Below, one piece after another: positions 12,699 through 23,713 of a DNA stretch of 64,000 nucleotides (the stretch's first letter is position 1; each line of letters starts with the position of its first letter). The DNA lies in contig RSEE01000001.1 in assembly GCA_003971905.1 (NCBI GenBank), positions 558,001-622,000 of the forward strand, written 5' to 3'. The notes below the pieces were generated by a model. That model had not been told where the DNA came from. It made no database searches and saw only the letters and a list, made by a program, of their open reading frames with translations. The position numbers and the translations under genes are program-made. The DNA is from Moniliella sp. 'wahieum'. Taxonomy: Eukaryota.

Positions 12699-13434
12699 CA
12701 AGCTAGGGCGATCCGCACCCGCTTTTCGCCAGCTTCAGGGTCATCGCTGGCACGCTTGGGCGGCTCGCCATTATCTGCGGAACGTCTGCTGCAGTGGTGT
12801 CCGTCCCCGGTTGGTACACTTTAAATGCACGAGCGGTCGAAGTCGACATGCGAAGGTCGATTGGAGGCTGGGCTGCGCGCGCGGCAGCCATGGATTGATA
12901 GATCGCATCGTAAGTCGCCGTCTGACAAGGGAAAAACCGTCAACGATGACCTTGTCGCAATTCTGATGCTACGAAGAAAAGCACGTACTAATCGATTGCC
13001 GAGAACGTTGAACAGGTCGGGCGATTGCATGATGGCGTCGTTCAAGACAAAGTAGGCCGCCTGGGTCTCGGTCTCATGAGGCGAGGTGCGCTGGCGGCGG
13101 TGAATGACAAAGAGACTGGGCGGGCAGCATGGGAAACGATATACTCGATGCCAACAAAGGAACGCAGCTTCTCGGCTTCCTCTGCGGACGTCCAGCGACC
13201 CACAGGGACTAGTTCCACAGCCTGCATCCGCAGCATCTGGTTGGTGCTCTGACGGTCAAAGAAGGGCGAGAGGGCAAAATAGTCCAGCACAGTGCGGTCG
13301 GTGAGAGCACCGAACGTTTGGATAAACTCTGGCGCCTTGAAAGCGGTGCTGAGTAGGTCGTATTGGCTCATGCCAACTGGCACCAAGCCCAGCGCCCCAA
13401 CCCCAGCCTCAGGCGCTCCACCGGCTTCGTCCAT
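12699..13434 (-). CDS. MED6: Mediator subunit 6
   Basis: VLDYFALSPFFDRQSTNQMLRMQ, LRSFVGIEYIV, AAYFVLNDAIMQSPDLFNVLGNRL followed by GTACGT donor. Confidence 0.9.
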
Positions 13435-14719
13435 CGTGTCGATGGTTTCTCGCAAGCAGCAGGTAAACCAAAGGCATGATGTCAACCCAATCGACTGCTC
13501 TTGATTACGTCAGCAGCCTGGCCGCCTTGGAGTCTTGCCGCTTCTTCAGCTTGGTTCTGTCGGTTTAAGCTGTGTCCTCTCGGCGAAGATTGCACCACCT
13601 TCTCCTCTACCTCCACCTCCACCTCCGCTGTATTCTCGAGTACTCACTAGTCTTATTGTGCCATCTGCTCACGGTCGCTTTGATGTGCCCCTGGTCTTCC
13701 AGCATCTCGTCCGTCACATCGTACGCACGCCGGGGTGGTAGAGCCGAGAAGGTTACGCTGGCATGCTTCCTTTCTTGTGGCGTAATACCCTCACTATCTC
13801 GGTTACTGCTGGCCTACTAGATGCTTGGATCTCATCTACCACTTTGCTTCAACCATTGTACCGGAAATTATTCTCTACGTTCAAGTGCATTTCTTCTCCG
13901 CGCCCACTGGCCTTTGCACACTTTTCTAACGGGATGCATTATAAGGCCCGCTGAATTTTCTGACTGATATGAGTGCAGAGGATAATGCTTGGCTCGACGT
14001 AAGGCTAAGGTTGGGATACCACTGTCCCTGTGGGATGCAGGCGAGTTCAGCGCGGGATGCGCTTGTTGCCGGAAGCGAGACTGAGGATATGGGTGGATAA
14101 CTCCCTTATGATGACAGGAAGCTCACCCGCCTTGGCGGCTCGTAGATAAGATGGCAGGAAGTTTCGATTATGCATCATGCCGTTGCACGCATCCTGAAGT
14201 ATTTGCCACCCTTGGCCTGGAAACCGGTCATGACTGCAGCAACCGAACGCTGAGAATCACCAAGTCTTGAGTGTATTTGACAACAAGGTAGATGCCATTC
14301 TCGCCGTAGTTCTGTGTCGGCCTATTTGCGCATCTTCAATGCATTGCACGTGCTCTGCAATGTATTTGCGGAGCACTTCCTGAATCTGCTGCTGCTGGAA
14401 GTACCCCTTGATAATCAGCCAGCCCCGCCCCATCATCCTCGTTGCCAATTGTTCCCAGATCAGCGAACCGGAAGGCCTGTACATGAAGCTCATGCTGGTC
14501 ACAGTGCATGCACAGGCAAACGTATAGGCATAATTAACAAACGTATCTTCTTAGTTCCCTGGCGCCCCACCATTGGCGGGCCATCTTCTAGTTCTCTATA
14601 TCCGCAAGCAAAGGTGGGTTGTGCTCGTGCAAGGCGTGACAAAGGCCCGGTTCAAGATCAGAGAGACAAGGGTATGTTATCACGTCACGCAGGCAAACCA
14701 AGGTACTGAGCGAACGACG

Positions 14720-14936
14720 TGTTGGGACCCGTGGTCCCGTACTTAGGCCAAGGCGCCTCATCACCCTTCACCCCTGATTTGTCCTCCGAAGCCTCCACGT
14801 GTATACTCAGGCTTGTCTGAACCCCTGTCTCTAGGTGTGGCACAAGGCTTAGACCTCAACCACCACCATCGCGATTGCATTGCTCTACATTTCCAGAGGT
14901 TCTTCACCCAATCCCTTGGGTTCCTCCGGTCTTACA
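14720..14936 (+). repeat. Copia 5' LTR (217 bp)
   Basis: TGTTGGGACC...GGTCTTACA; matches 20081-20295 apart from two single-base indels. Confidence 0.97.
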
Positions 14937-14950
14937 GAGTTACAATCCTC
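14937..14950 (+). other. Primer-binding site of the Copia element, non-canonical (GAGTTACAATCCTC)
   Basis: Directly abuts the 5' LTR; lacks the TGG expected for tRNA 3'-CCA priming; 10/11 identical to the PBS of the element at 60504-63059. Confidence 0.75.
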
Positions 14951-15042
14951 TTGACGCTCAGCCCTGAGCCTTCCACTCTTACACTCTTCGGTCCTCCGCT
15001 GCCGGCCCTATCCACAAGCGCTTGCTCGAACTGCGTAAGCTA

Positions 15043-16318
15043 ATGGCAAGCATCATGAGCTCTCAGACTCAGGAGTCTTGGTTCAACTCCTCAACCCCTA
15101 CTTCACCAACTGCCGCCGCAGAGAGAGCACCACTCCCGTCGGAGTTGACCACGCCTCCCCGCCGCTGACACCATCGCGTGAATCTACCCCTACACCTCAA
15201 CCCACCCCCGTGGGCCCCGACAACACCGCGAACGACGTCGCCACCCTCGCCGACCGCATTCGCAACATGTTCAAATTGTTTCCCGAACACATCACCCTCA
15301 AACAGCTACAGGACACTGGTATCAAGCTTGGGTACAGCGAAAAGACGACCACAGAAGCCATTGTCATGTTATCATGTGAGAATCCACCCAATGCTAGCAA
15401 GACGAAGGTGCCTTATCGTCAACTCCGGCCGTCGACGACAACCCGTGGGCTTTGACTCCCGACAAGCTCCTCCGTAGTGCCACTCGCACCAACGTGCCGT
15501 ACCACGAGCGTTTCCACAACAACAGCTCGTTTTGGTTATGGACCCGGATCTTCCTCCCTCGTATCCAGATTATCCCTGGAGCGCGTGAGCATCTGGAACA
15601 GGGCAAGGCCCTGGACGGGTATAACGCAGAACTGGACGCTCACTTGGCCAACATTCTACTCCCGTGGATAGACTCCGACGTCGTCCAGCAGATCACCGGC
15701 GATGGCACGCCGGCTCTAGGGTCTGCATACTATCATGCTCTGCGTGATTTGTACGGCACCGTTTCAGACACTGAGATCTGTGATATCCTCATAAAGGTTC
15801 TCACTCTCAAAATGGGCACCAAGTCGGGCCGCCAATACCTGAATGAGTTCACTGTGGCGGTAACCCAGTACGAGATGACGTCCAAGTCCAAGCTGGACGA
15901 GATTGGTCTAGCACAGATGCTACGGAAAGGCGTTACTGATCAGGGGTGGTTGCACCTCCATCGTAACAGCAGCTACGCCGAATTGCGCCGAGCAGTGAGC
16001 GAACTCAAAGGCTCCAACTACGGCAGTACCTCCAGTTCAAGCCCAGCTCCCTCCAGTACGGCCCCTTCGGAAGCCACGTCGCACAGCCAAACAAGCAGTA
16101 CGGTGACAGGCCGCGGACGAGGCCGAGGTGGCAGCGGGTACAGAGGAAGTCACCGTGGTGGCCAACGTGGCGGCCACTTTAGCCGGCCGGCTACGACAGC
16201 CCAGACCACCTCATCTGCCCATGCAGTAACCCCTATGGCAGCCACTACACCACCCGAGTCAGCCACATCGACTGAAACGGAGTCTGTCGTGTCCACAATC
16301 CCTCCTCACCCCTACTAG
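15043..16318 (+). CDS. gag: Copia Gag (start approximate, indels), ending in TAG
   Basis: First ORF after the PBS; GSAYYHALRDLYG, YLNEF; RGG-rich C-terminal tract. Confidence 0.8.
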
Positions 16319-19300
16319 GACAGCGCGGGAGGCCCTAAGCCAGCCAACCTCCCTGCGCAACACGATTCAGGTGCGAGACCATCCGTATTCAATGAACGAA
16401 GTGCGTTTATCAATCTTCGTCCACACCGCGAGCCCATAGCAGTGGCAAACGGACAGATCGCATACACTGAAGGCATTGGCACCATCTCTATGTACATTCA
16501 AACCCAGAACGGAGCCCCTATCCGCATCCACCTACCCGGCAGCTTGTACTGCCCCACCTTCCCGACCAACCTGCTCAGCGCTTACCATCTATCTGTCGCA
16601 GGCATTGGCAGCTGGATCCCTCAGGTGGCCATGGTCTCTATCTCGGACGACACGGCGAACCTTTTCGTCTCGCCGCCGACTCAAGCTATTCCCTTACTCT
16701 GGCGCCCAATACGACAGCCACAGCCAACAGCGCCACTTCGCTACTCAACCTTGATGCAACCCTGGTCAAGGTGAAAAACGCCCACATCCGATGGAATCAT
16801 GCACCTCTAGATCAACTTTCATCCCTCACGTCGGATGACCCAGCATTCGAACGGGTCAACAGTGGCGACATCGCTTTAGTCCGGTCCTCGTGGCACTGTG
16901 CACCATGCGCATTAAGCAGAGCCACTGCCCCACCCCACGCCACGACTGGACGCCCAATCCGAACCATTCGCCCTCTTCTCTCTCCTCCACCTCGACGTCC
17001 TTGACATATCCCGCCAAGGCGGCGGGGGTCATACTTACGCCCCTTATCATTGTCGACGACTTTACGCGGTATACCTGGACGCTACCCCTGGTGTCCAAGG
17101 GTGATGCCACAGCCGAACTTCAAGCCTTCATCCGGCGCGAGCATCGCCAACATCCCGACCGCCCCCTTCAGACGGTCCGCTCTGACAATGCGCCTGAACT
17201 CACCACCGCAATGGACGAGTTTTACTGCGAGCTGGGAGTAGTGAGCGAGCGCACCAATCCTGGCGAAAGTGCGTCCAATGGGGTCGCCGAACGCGCCATA
17301 AGATCGATTACGGATCGCGCTCGACTCATGGTAATCGCCAACAGATTGACTCCCGACGAGTGGTGGGAACACAGCTTGTTGGCGGCCACATATGCACACA
17401 ACCAGTCGCCGCCGAAAGCACTGGGTGGGGACAGCCGATTTGTCCGGTACCATGGCTTCAAACCCTCCCTTCGCATGCGCGTTTTGGCACTCTTGCCTAC
17501 CTGCACCTATTGCCCAACCAACGCGAGGGCGGCAAACTTGGTCCGCGGGCCGTCCCAGCAATGTTGGTGGGTTACGGGCACGGCCGCGGTTCGAAGGGTG
17601 GCTCTTTGCCATCCACCAGGACGACGGCCAAGTTGGATTCCGTTGGAAAAAGCCGTCCACCTGGACACATGTCCCGTACACCACCGAATATCCCACGCAC
17701 TTTCATCTGAACCCCCTTGTCCCTGCTGGTGGCGGAGAGGTGCGGGGGGGCGGAGAAATGGGTGCTGGTGGGAAGTCAGACAGCTCCCCACCCCGGCGTG
17801 TGCGTTTTGCGATAGATGAACTGACCCGCGATACTAATGAGGCACATCGCCCGGCTCAAGCCAACGAAAATGAGAATTCAGAGCCTGGCCCCACTCCCAC
17901 CAACTCCAACCCCCCACATGTATCCCCCCAACCTGTTGCATCTGACCCCGCAGGCATGGCACAACGCCAGGCAAAGCAAGCCGAAGAAAATGAAACTATC
18001 ACAGAAGATGCCGTTGACACTGGCCACCAAGTCCTGCTTTCCCCTCCCTCTTCCACTTCCCCTTCCTCTCCCGCCCTATCCCCCTCCCCTCTCCCCACCG
18101 ACACGCTCGCCCCCGTGACCGTGCCCCTGACCGATACAGCCGTCCCCCACTCGTGCGTCGCAATCCCGTTCGCCAAGCGCGTATCAACGCTCCACCCCTC
18201 GACCTGTCCATTCCAGCCAACGACAATTTGCGCGATGGCACCTTTTCCCTGCTCGTCAACAAGGCCCCTAGCATCTTGGCAACCCGGCCGCCCTCTCCGC
18301 CCTAGGAATGCAGGCTTTGGTGAGTATTTTCGGACCAGCGCCGGACACATCCATGCTACCTGCTTCGGAGCCAAGCTCGCCCCCCATCGCACTCGCAATC
18401 GAATCCGCGGCAAGTGACACCGAGGTCATACTGACCACCGATGGGTCCCGGTGGCCCCCAAGAACATCAAGAAGTTGGTGGGTCACCCTGCCTTTGATGG
18501 CGTACTCGAGGCAATGCGCCTCGAGCTTCGGCGTTTTGACGAGCGTGACGTGAAGGAAGTTGTACCCATCCCCCCAGGGATCAAACCCCTTCCCGGCATG
18601 TGGGTCATAGGTACTAAGACGGATGCGGATGCTAACTTCCTCAAGTACCGTGCCCGCTACGTTGTGGGAGGGCACCGGCAAGTTCCTGGCACATGGGCGA
18701 AATCTTTTGCTCCTGCCGTTCGTACTGCTGCCGTCAACACGCTAATTGCGTTGGCCGAAGCTGATGGCCTCCACTTATTTTCTGCCGATGTGGAAGCTGC
18801 CTACCTCTATGCCGATATCAACGAGCTCGTCTATGTTCGACCACCCCCCTTCTTCCCAGAAGCGCCCGGTCATTGCTGGAGACTCAAGAAAAGTCTCTAT
18901 GGCCTGCACCAGAGCGGGGCCAACTTTGGAGATTGGCTCCGCACTTTCCTTTGCGACCGACTCCACTTCACTAGCCTAAAATCAGAGCCTGCCTGTTCAT
19001 ACGTCGCACCGAACCTCTTGGCCTGATCCTAATCGCCGTCCACACTGACGACTTTTTGGTCGCGTGTCGGTCCCAAGAAGCGTATGATGAATTCTTAGTG
19101 GAATTAAGGCGCAGCATCCAAATTAAGTCCAACGGCCCCCTACGTTTCCATCTCGGCTGCCAATACGACCGTATCGATGGACGACTGTACATCAGCCAAC
19201 CCAAATTCATCGCTGAGACGCTTGCCGCGCATGACATATCACCTCACCGGCCCCGCTACCTTCCAATCGGCCACCAACTTCCGCCTCCCAAGCGACCCGA

Positions 19301-20015
19301 ACACGAAAAGCGTGCCACTCGAGACGAGCACCGTGCCTACCGTTCTATTGTCGGATCCAGCTTGTGGGCGGCTCGTATGTCCCGGCCTGATGCCCTCTTT
19401 GCGGCTACCTTTTTAGCGCGGTTTATGGACGACCCGTCCGCCGCCCACCGACGCGCAGCGGAGGACCTATTACGTTTCTTCGCCGGTACGTCTGACTACT
19501 CTTTGTGCCTCACACCCAACCGATCTCGCCCTCTACTCGAGCTGCACACCGATGCCTCCTTTGCATCAGACAAGAGCAACTCTCACTCCGTTTCGGGCCA
19601 TGTTGTTTTTGTTTTCGGTGTGCCTGTATCCTGGGGCTCCAAGTCCCAAAATCAAGGTGTGAGCAACACAGCAGCATCTGAATACCTAGCCATGGGAGAT
19701 GGCCTTCGAGATGCTCTATTCATTCGCAACATACTGTTTGAACTTGGTGTCTGCAAGGCTAATCACCCGATTGAGCTCTTTGTTGACAACACCGCTGCCA
19801 AAGCGTTGGCCGAAAAGCTCGGCAGCCTAGGCAAAATACGGGAGATTGACGTCTCGTACCACGAGGTGCGGGAACGCATCCACCGAGGCGAAATTAAAGT
19901 CCACTACACTCCAGGTGCACACCATCTCCCTGACTGGTTCACCAAACCTCTTTCTCTTCCCAAGATCATTTCTGCGCGTAACAATTTCGATTTGGCTTCT
20001 CTTTCTTCGCGCTGA
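16319..20015 (+). CDS. pol: Copia Pol: protease, integrase, reverse transcriptase, RNase H (frameshifts probably assembly errors)
   Basis: PR HDSGA..IAVANG; IN H..WNH/CAPC, IVDDFTRYTW, VRSDNAPE, SNGVAERAIR, GKLGPRA; RT YRARYVVGG, DVEAAYL, LKKSLYGLHQSG, VHTDDF; RH HTDASFA, SEYLA, VDNTAA, DWFTKPL. Confidence 0.95.
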
Positions 20016-20080
20016 TCCCCTTTCTACTTTTCTTTTGTTGATGGCCAACGGGCTTCTTTCGTTCCCTTGGCCCGGGGGGG

Positions 20081-20295
20081 TGTTGGGACCCGTGGTCCCG
20101 TACTTAGGCCAAGGCGCCTCATCACCCTTCACCCCTGATTTGTCCTCCGAAGCCTCCACGTGTATACTCAGGCTTGTCTGAACCCCTGTCTCTAGGTGTG
20201 GCACAAGGCTTAGACCTCAACCACCACCATCGCGATTGCATTGCTCTACATTTCCAGAGGTTCTTCACCCATCCCTTGGGTTCCTCGGTCTTACA
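20081..20295 (+). repeat. Copia 3' LTR (215 bp), preceded by PPT ...GTTCCCTTGGCCCGGGGGGG
   Basis: Direct repeat of 14720-14936 followed by TSD CGACG. Confidence 0.97.
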
Positions 20296-21336
20296 CGACG
20301 GACCCATATACACGTAAGGGTACATTCCAGCGCCCTTGAGAACCTCGACTCCTTCTGCACCAGGTCAATATATATCATATTTTGTTCAATCTATGTCAAC
20401 GTTTCCTTCTTTAGCTTTTCTTCTTTTTCTTCAGTAAGTCCCGAAACAGGTCATCGGGTCCGACGGAGGGGTCGGCGTTGGATACTTTTGCGGCTCGAGG
20501 GCTGTGACATACCCATTTTGTCTGAGAGAAGTGTCGTCACCAGCTCCCTTGGTGGAAGGCAAGTGGTCGATGAGAGATAGTAACAGTTTTTGCCGTCACC
20601 TTGCTCTTGCTATTGTTTTTTCGTACCGCCAAACATGGTACCGGCTCAACATCTTTCGTCTGGCCATCGGCATCAGGTTCAGCATGTTCTGTGGCACGCT
20701 CTGTGCTCTCATGCGCGGCTCTGTGGCGCGGCAGCCTAGTTTATACTGGTAGTGGCGCTTATTTTAGTGACTCGGGAACGCGAGATACATGGGACGTGTG
20801 ACGGCATCCAACGCTTGACACGTGGGTGCCATACACATCACACTCATCACCGTCACATGCGGGGTGGGCAAGGGTGGGAAAGGGTGGGAACCGATGTTGG
20901 GGCTATTCAACGTGACGTTCAACGTCCGTTCAACGTTCAGTGCCATTTGTATTCCGCTGCTTTGAAGGCACGCCCAAAATCGAACTTTAACGTGGGGCTA
21001 GTCGGGGTTAGTGCCACTTTGCTGTGCAGCCTATGATACTGGTCTGCCATCCTTGTATCCCCACTTCCCTCCCCTCCTTTGCCGCCTTCCACCTTCGCTT
21101 CTTCCCTTTCTCTCCTCCCCTCTCCCTCCACCTCCGCCTCCATCTCCCCTCCTCCATCTCCATCCCTCCCTCCCCGCCGTGCTAATTATTATTACCCTGC
21201 CCAGAGGCCTCCGCCACACCAGCTTCCCCGAAGGCAGTGTTCTACGCCCCCCGTTTACCCCTGTACCCCCCGGCTCACCACTGACCTCCGCCCTCCCAAA
21301 AGCAGCCTGTTCTGCACCCTATAATACTTCACCACG

Positions 21337-22980
21337 ATGGCCACATTTGACATTCGACACCCCGTCTCGCTTCCATCCCAGAGTGATCGTTCACCTTCGC
21401 CTGGCACGTGCTCGGCCGTGGCTGGGAAAGAATCCCCTCCTACTCCTGCGAAAGGCTTGAAGGGAGAGGATGACCGGGCCCCACGCCCCCGAACGCTTGG
21501 ATCTTGTACCGATCTGACAAGAGCCAGGAGCTCAAGCGACGCTCTCAAGTTGATGGAAACCCGGTTCTGAGCAGTCGACAACGCCAAGCTGAAATGTCGC
21601 GCGAGATCTCTGTGCTGTGGAAAAAGAGCCTCAGAGCGTCAAGGATGAGTACATTCGCAAGGCTGAGAAGGCGCGGACCCTCCATCGCCACCGCTTCCCA
21701 GTATGTCAATGTCTTTTTATAGTAATGTTTGACCAAAACACCAGTACTGACTCATTTGCTGGCTTATCAGAACTACAAGTACCGCCCAAAGCGCCGTACT
21801 GTGGAAAGTAGTCGCAGCACACACGTCTCGTCTTGTCATCGCTCATTAGGTCCGCTACAGATTGGGCCTGCCGGAATGGAAGGAAGCTCTAGGCATAAAC
21901 TTTGCGAAATAAGGGGGATTTCCTCGCCCAATACGCCGGATTCCTCCCCCGCTACCATGCTCCACTTTACAGCACGGCGGGACAGTGCACCCACAACCTC
22001 GGTACTAAGTGCTTTGACACCACCGTTTATTACGGATCCGTCCCAGTCAGGCCCAAGTCAAAACTCCATGTGCAGCATTCACGTGCGCCGCTCTACCTCA
22101 CTATCTTCATCTGTCACGTTTTCTACCAGGATCTTAGACTCTGATCGCCCTGCTTTTTCAGTCACACCTGATTCGGTCACCTCAACTGCCATGCTGGTAT
22201 CATCTCCAGCGCATCTTCATTCTCCACCGCACATCAACGATCATAGGACTTCGTCGGATCCCCTTCCCTCCGGGTTGGAATTTGAGTCGCCTTCTTCATC
22301 ATTCTCAACCTCTCTCAACTCCCTCTCCAGTCCGAGTTCATCATTCAGCTCAATGCCCCTTTTGGGGAAACAGTTTCATCAAGCCTGCACCCCTACTTGC
22401 AATACGCCGCTTGACGTGCCCATCGATTTCCAGTCCATGCCAATGCTGTTTACCGCTAAAGCGATTGAGGCCGGCAGCTGTTTTGATGATACGGGGGTGG
22501 ACGGATACAACATCTCACCAGCCATCAGTATGGGCCCACTCCCGTATGCCCCTTACCTTTCGCAACCCCCAACATATCCCTTTCTATGAGCGCTTCGGAG
22601 GCCAGCGACTCATTTCCCACTCACATTTCCGCTTCTTCCTGGACCTCACCGCCTGATCTAATTCTCCCATGGCACCTCATTCGATAGTTGGTTCAAGTTT
22701 ACCCCCGTCCAAGCCAGCTTTTCATTCTCCATTTCCGACCTCTATTCCGCACGAATCTTTCCCTTTGCTGGCATCGGACCGCCCTGATCACCATTCTCCC
22801 TTGGACGGTCTAAAAAATCTACCTACCCACCCTTCACTGCCCGCACCACTACCCGCTGATGGGCTCGTCGCGTTCTCCACGGATCCTTCCGTCGGTATGG
22901 ACGGGCCCTCATCTCGCGTTACCCCTGTCCCTCGCAGTACCAACTCCCATCAGTCTCCGTTTTCCAGCCTCTTCGTTTAA
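21337..22980 (+). CDS. MATA/Sox-type HMG-box transcription factor; intron 21701-21770; 3' end uncertain (22589 or 22980)
   Basis: RAPRP(P)NAWILYRSDK..QAEMSREISVLWKKEPQSVKDEYIRKAEKARTLHRHRFP|NYKYRPKRR, followed by a long Ser/Pro-rich tail. Confidence 0.88.
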
Positions 22981-23713
22981 TATTCTCTGTCGCTACCGGG
23001 CACCCTTCTCTGTCGGGCTTCTCGTTCACTTTTGTCGCCGCTCTGCTACCACAGTTCCTCAGCTATTGTCGTCCTTACAACTATACTGTCGTCCCTAAAA
23101 CCCAACATTCGCCTATTCGCACGCCTTTCCAACCTATGACAAGGTCCATGACATACACCACACATTGTTTCGATATTGAGGCCCTTTTTTCTCACAGACT
23201 CTTGTGTTCTTTGCTAATAGTAACGTCATTTCGGCATCTGTGCTCCTTATAACTAAAGCTTAACCATCCCTTTCTTAGATGGTGTTTAGGAGCATACGGG
23301 CTTTAAGGCTGAATTGAAACTTGTGAAAAACATTGTTCCCCTTGTGTAGGCGCGGGCCCTGGTGAGGTCACCTGCTCGGTCAGTTTCCTACTCCTTTTCC
23401 GAGTTGGGGCCATCTGGTATAGCGCACAGGCCATCCCGGGGATACGGGACTGTTTAAGGCCGATACGCCACCATGACATCAGCTGAGCAAGTGACGCAGA
23501 TGTTGCATCGTATGATGTGCTGTTAACGTTTAACGTTTAACGCCGGTGAGATTGTTACTAATGGCCATTGCATAAGCGGAAGGATAACGGTTGCTGCCAA
23601 GCGGCGTTGCCACAGGGGTTGCTATCCATCGCTCCGGAACTCTTAAATCCCTTAACCATCGTCCTCTCACGCGCGCCATTCATCCAGATCCATTCGAACC
23701 CTCAAAGCCCACA

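Larger units (their letters stand above)
14720..20295 (+). mobile_element. Full-length Ty1/Copia LTR retrotransposon, 5-bp TSD CGACG (14715-14719, 20296-20300)
   Basis: Two TG..CA LTRs; domain order gag-PR-IN-RT-RH; G-rich PPT before the 3' LTR. Confidence 0.98.
14178..20650 (-). pseudogene. Decayed eIF2-beta (SUI3-like) pseudogene split by the Copia insertion: N-terminal part ~20300-20650, C-terminal part ~14178-14714
   Basis: Right of the element: poly-Lys box DDLFRDLLKKKKKS. Left of the element: LHEHNP, PPMVGRQGTKK, LIIKGYFQQQQIQEVLRKYIAEHVQC, SQRSVAAVMTGFQAKGGKYFRMRA*. Many substitutions, stops and frameshifts. Confidence 0.8.

Noticed and set aside
21337..22980. Mating-type locus
   Set aside because: No homeodomain, pheromone or pheromone-receptor genes in the window; an HMG box alone does not define a basidiomycete MAT locus.
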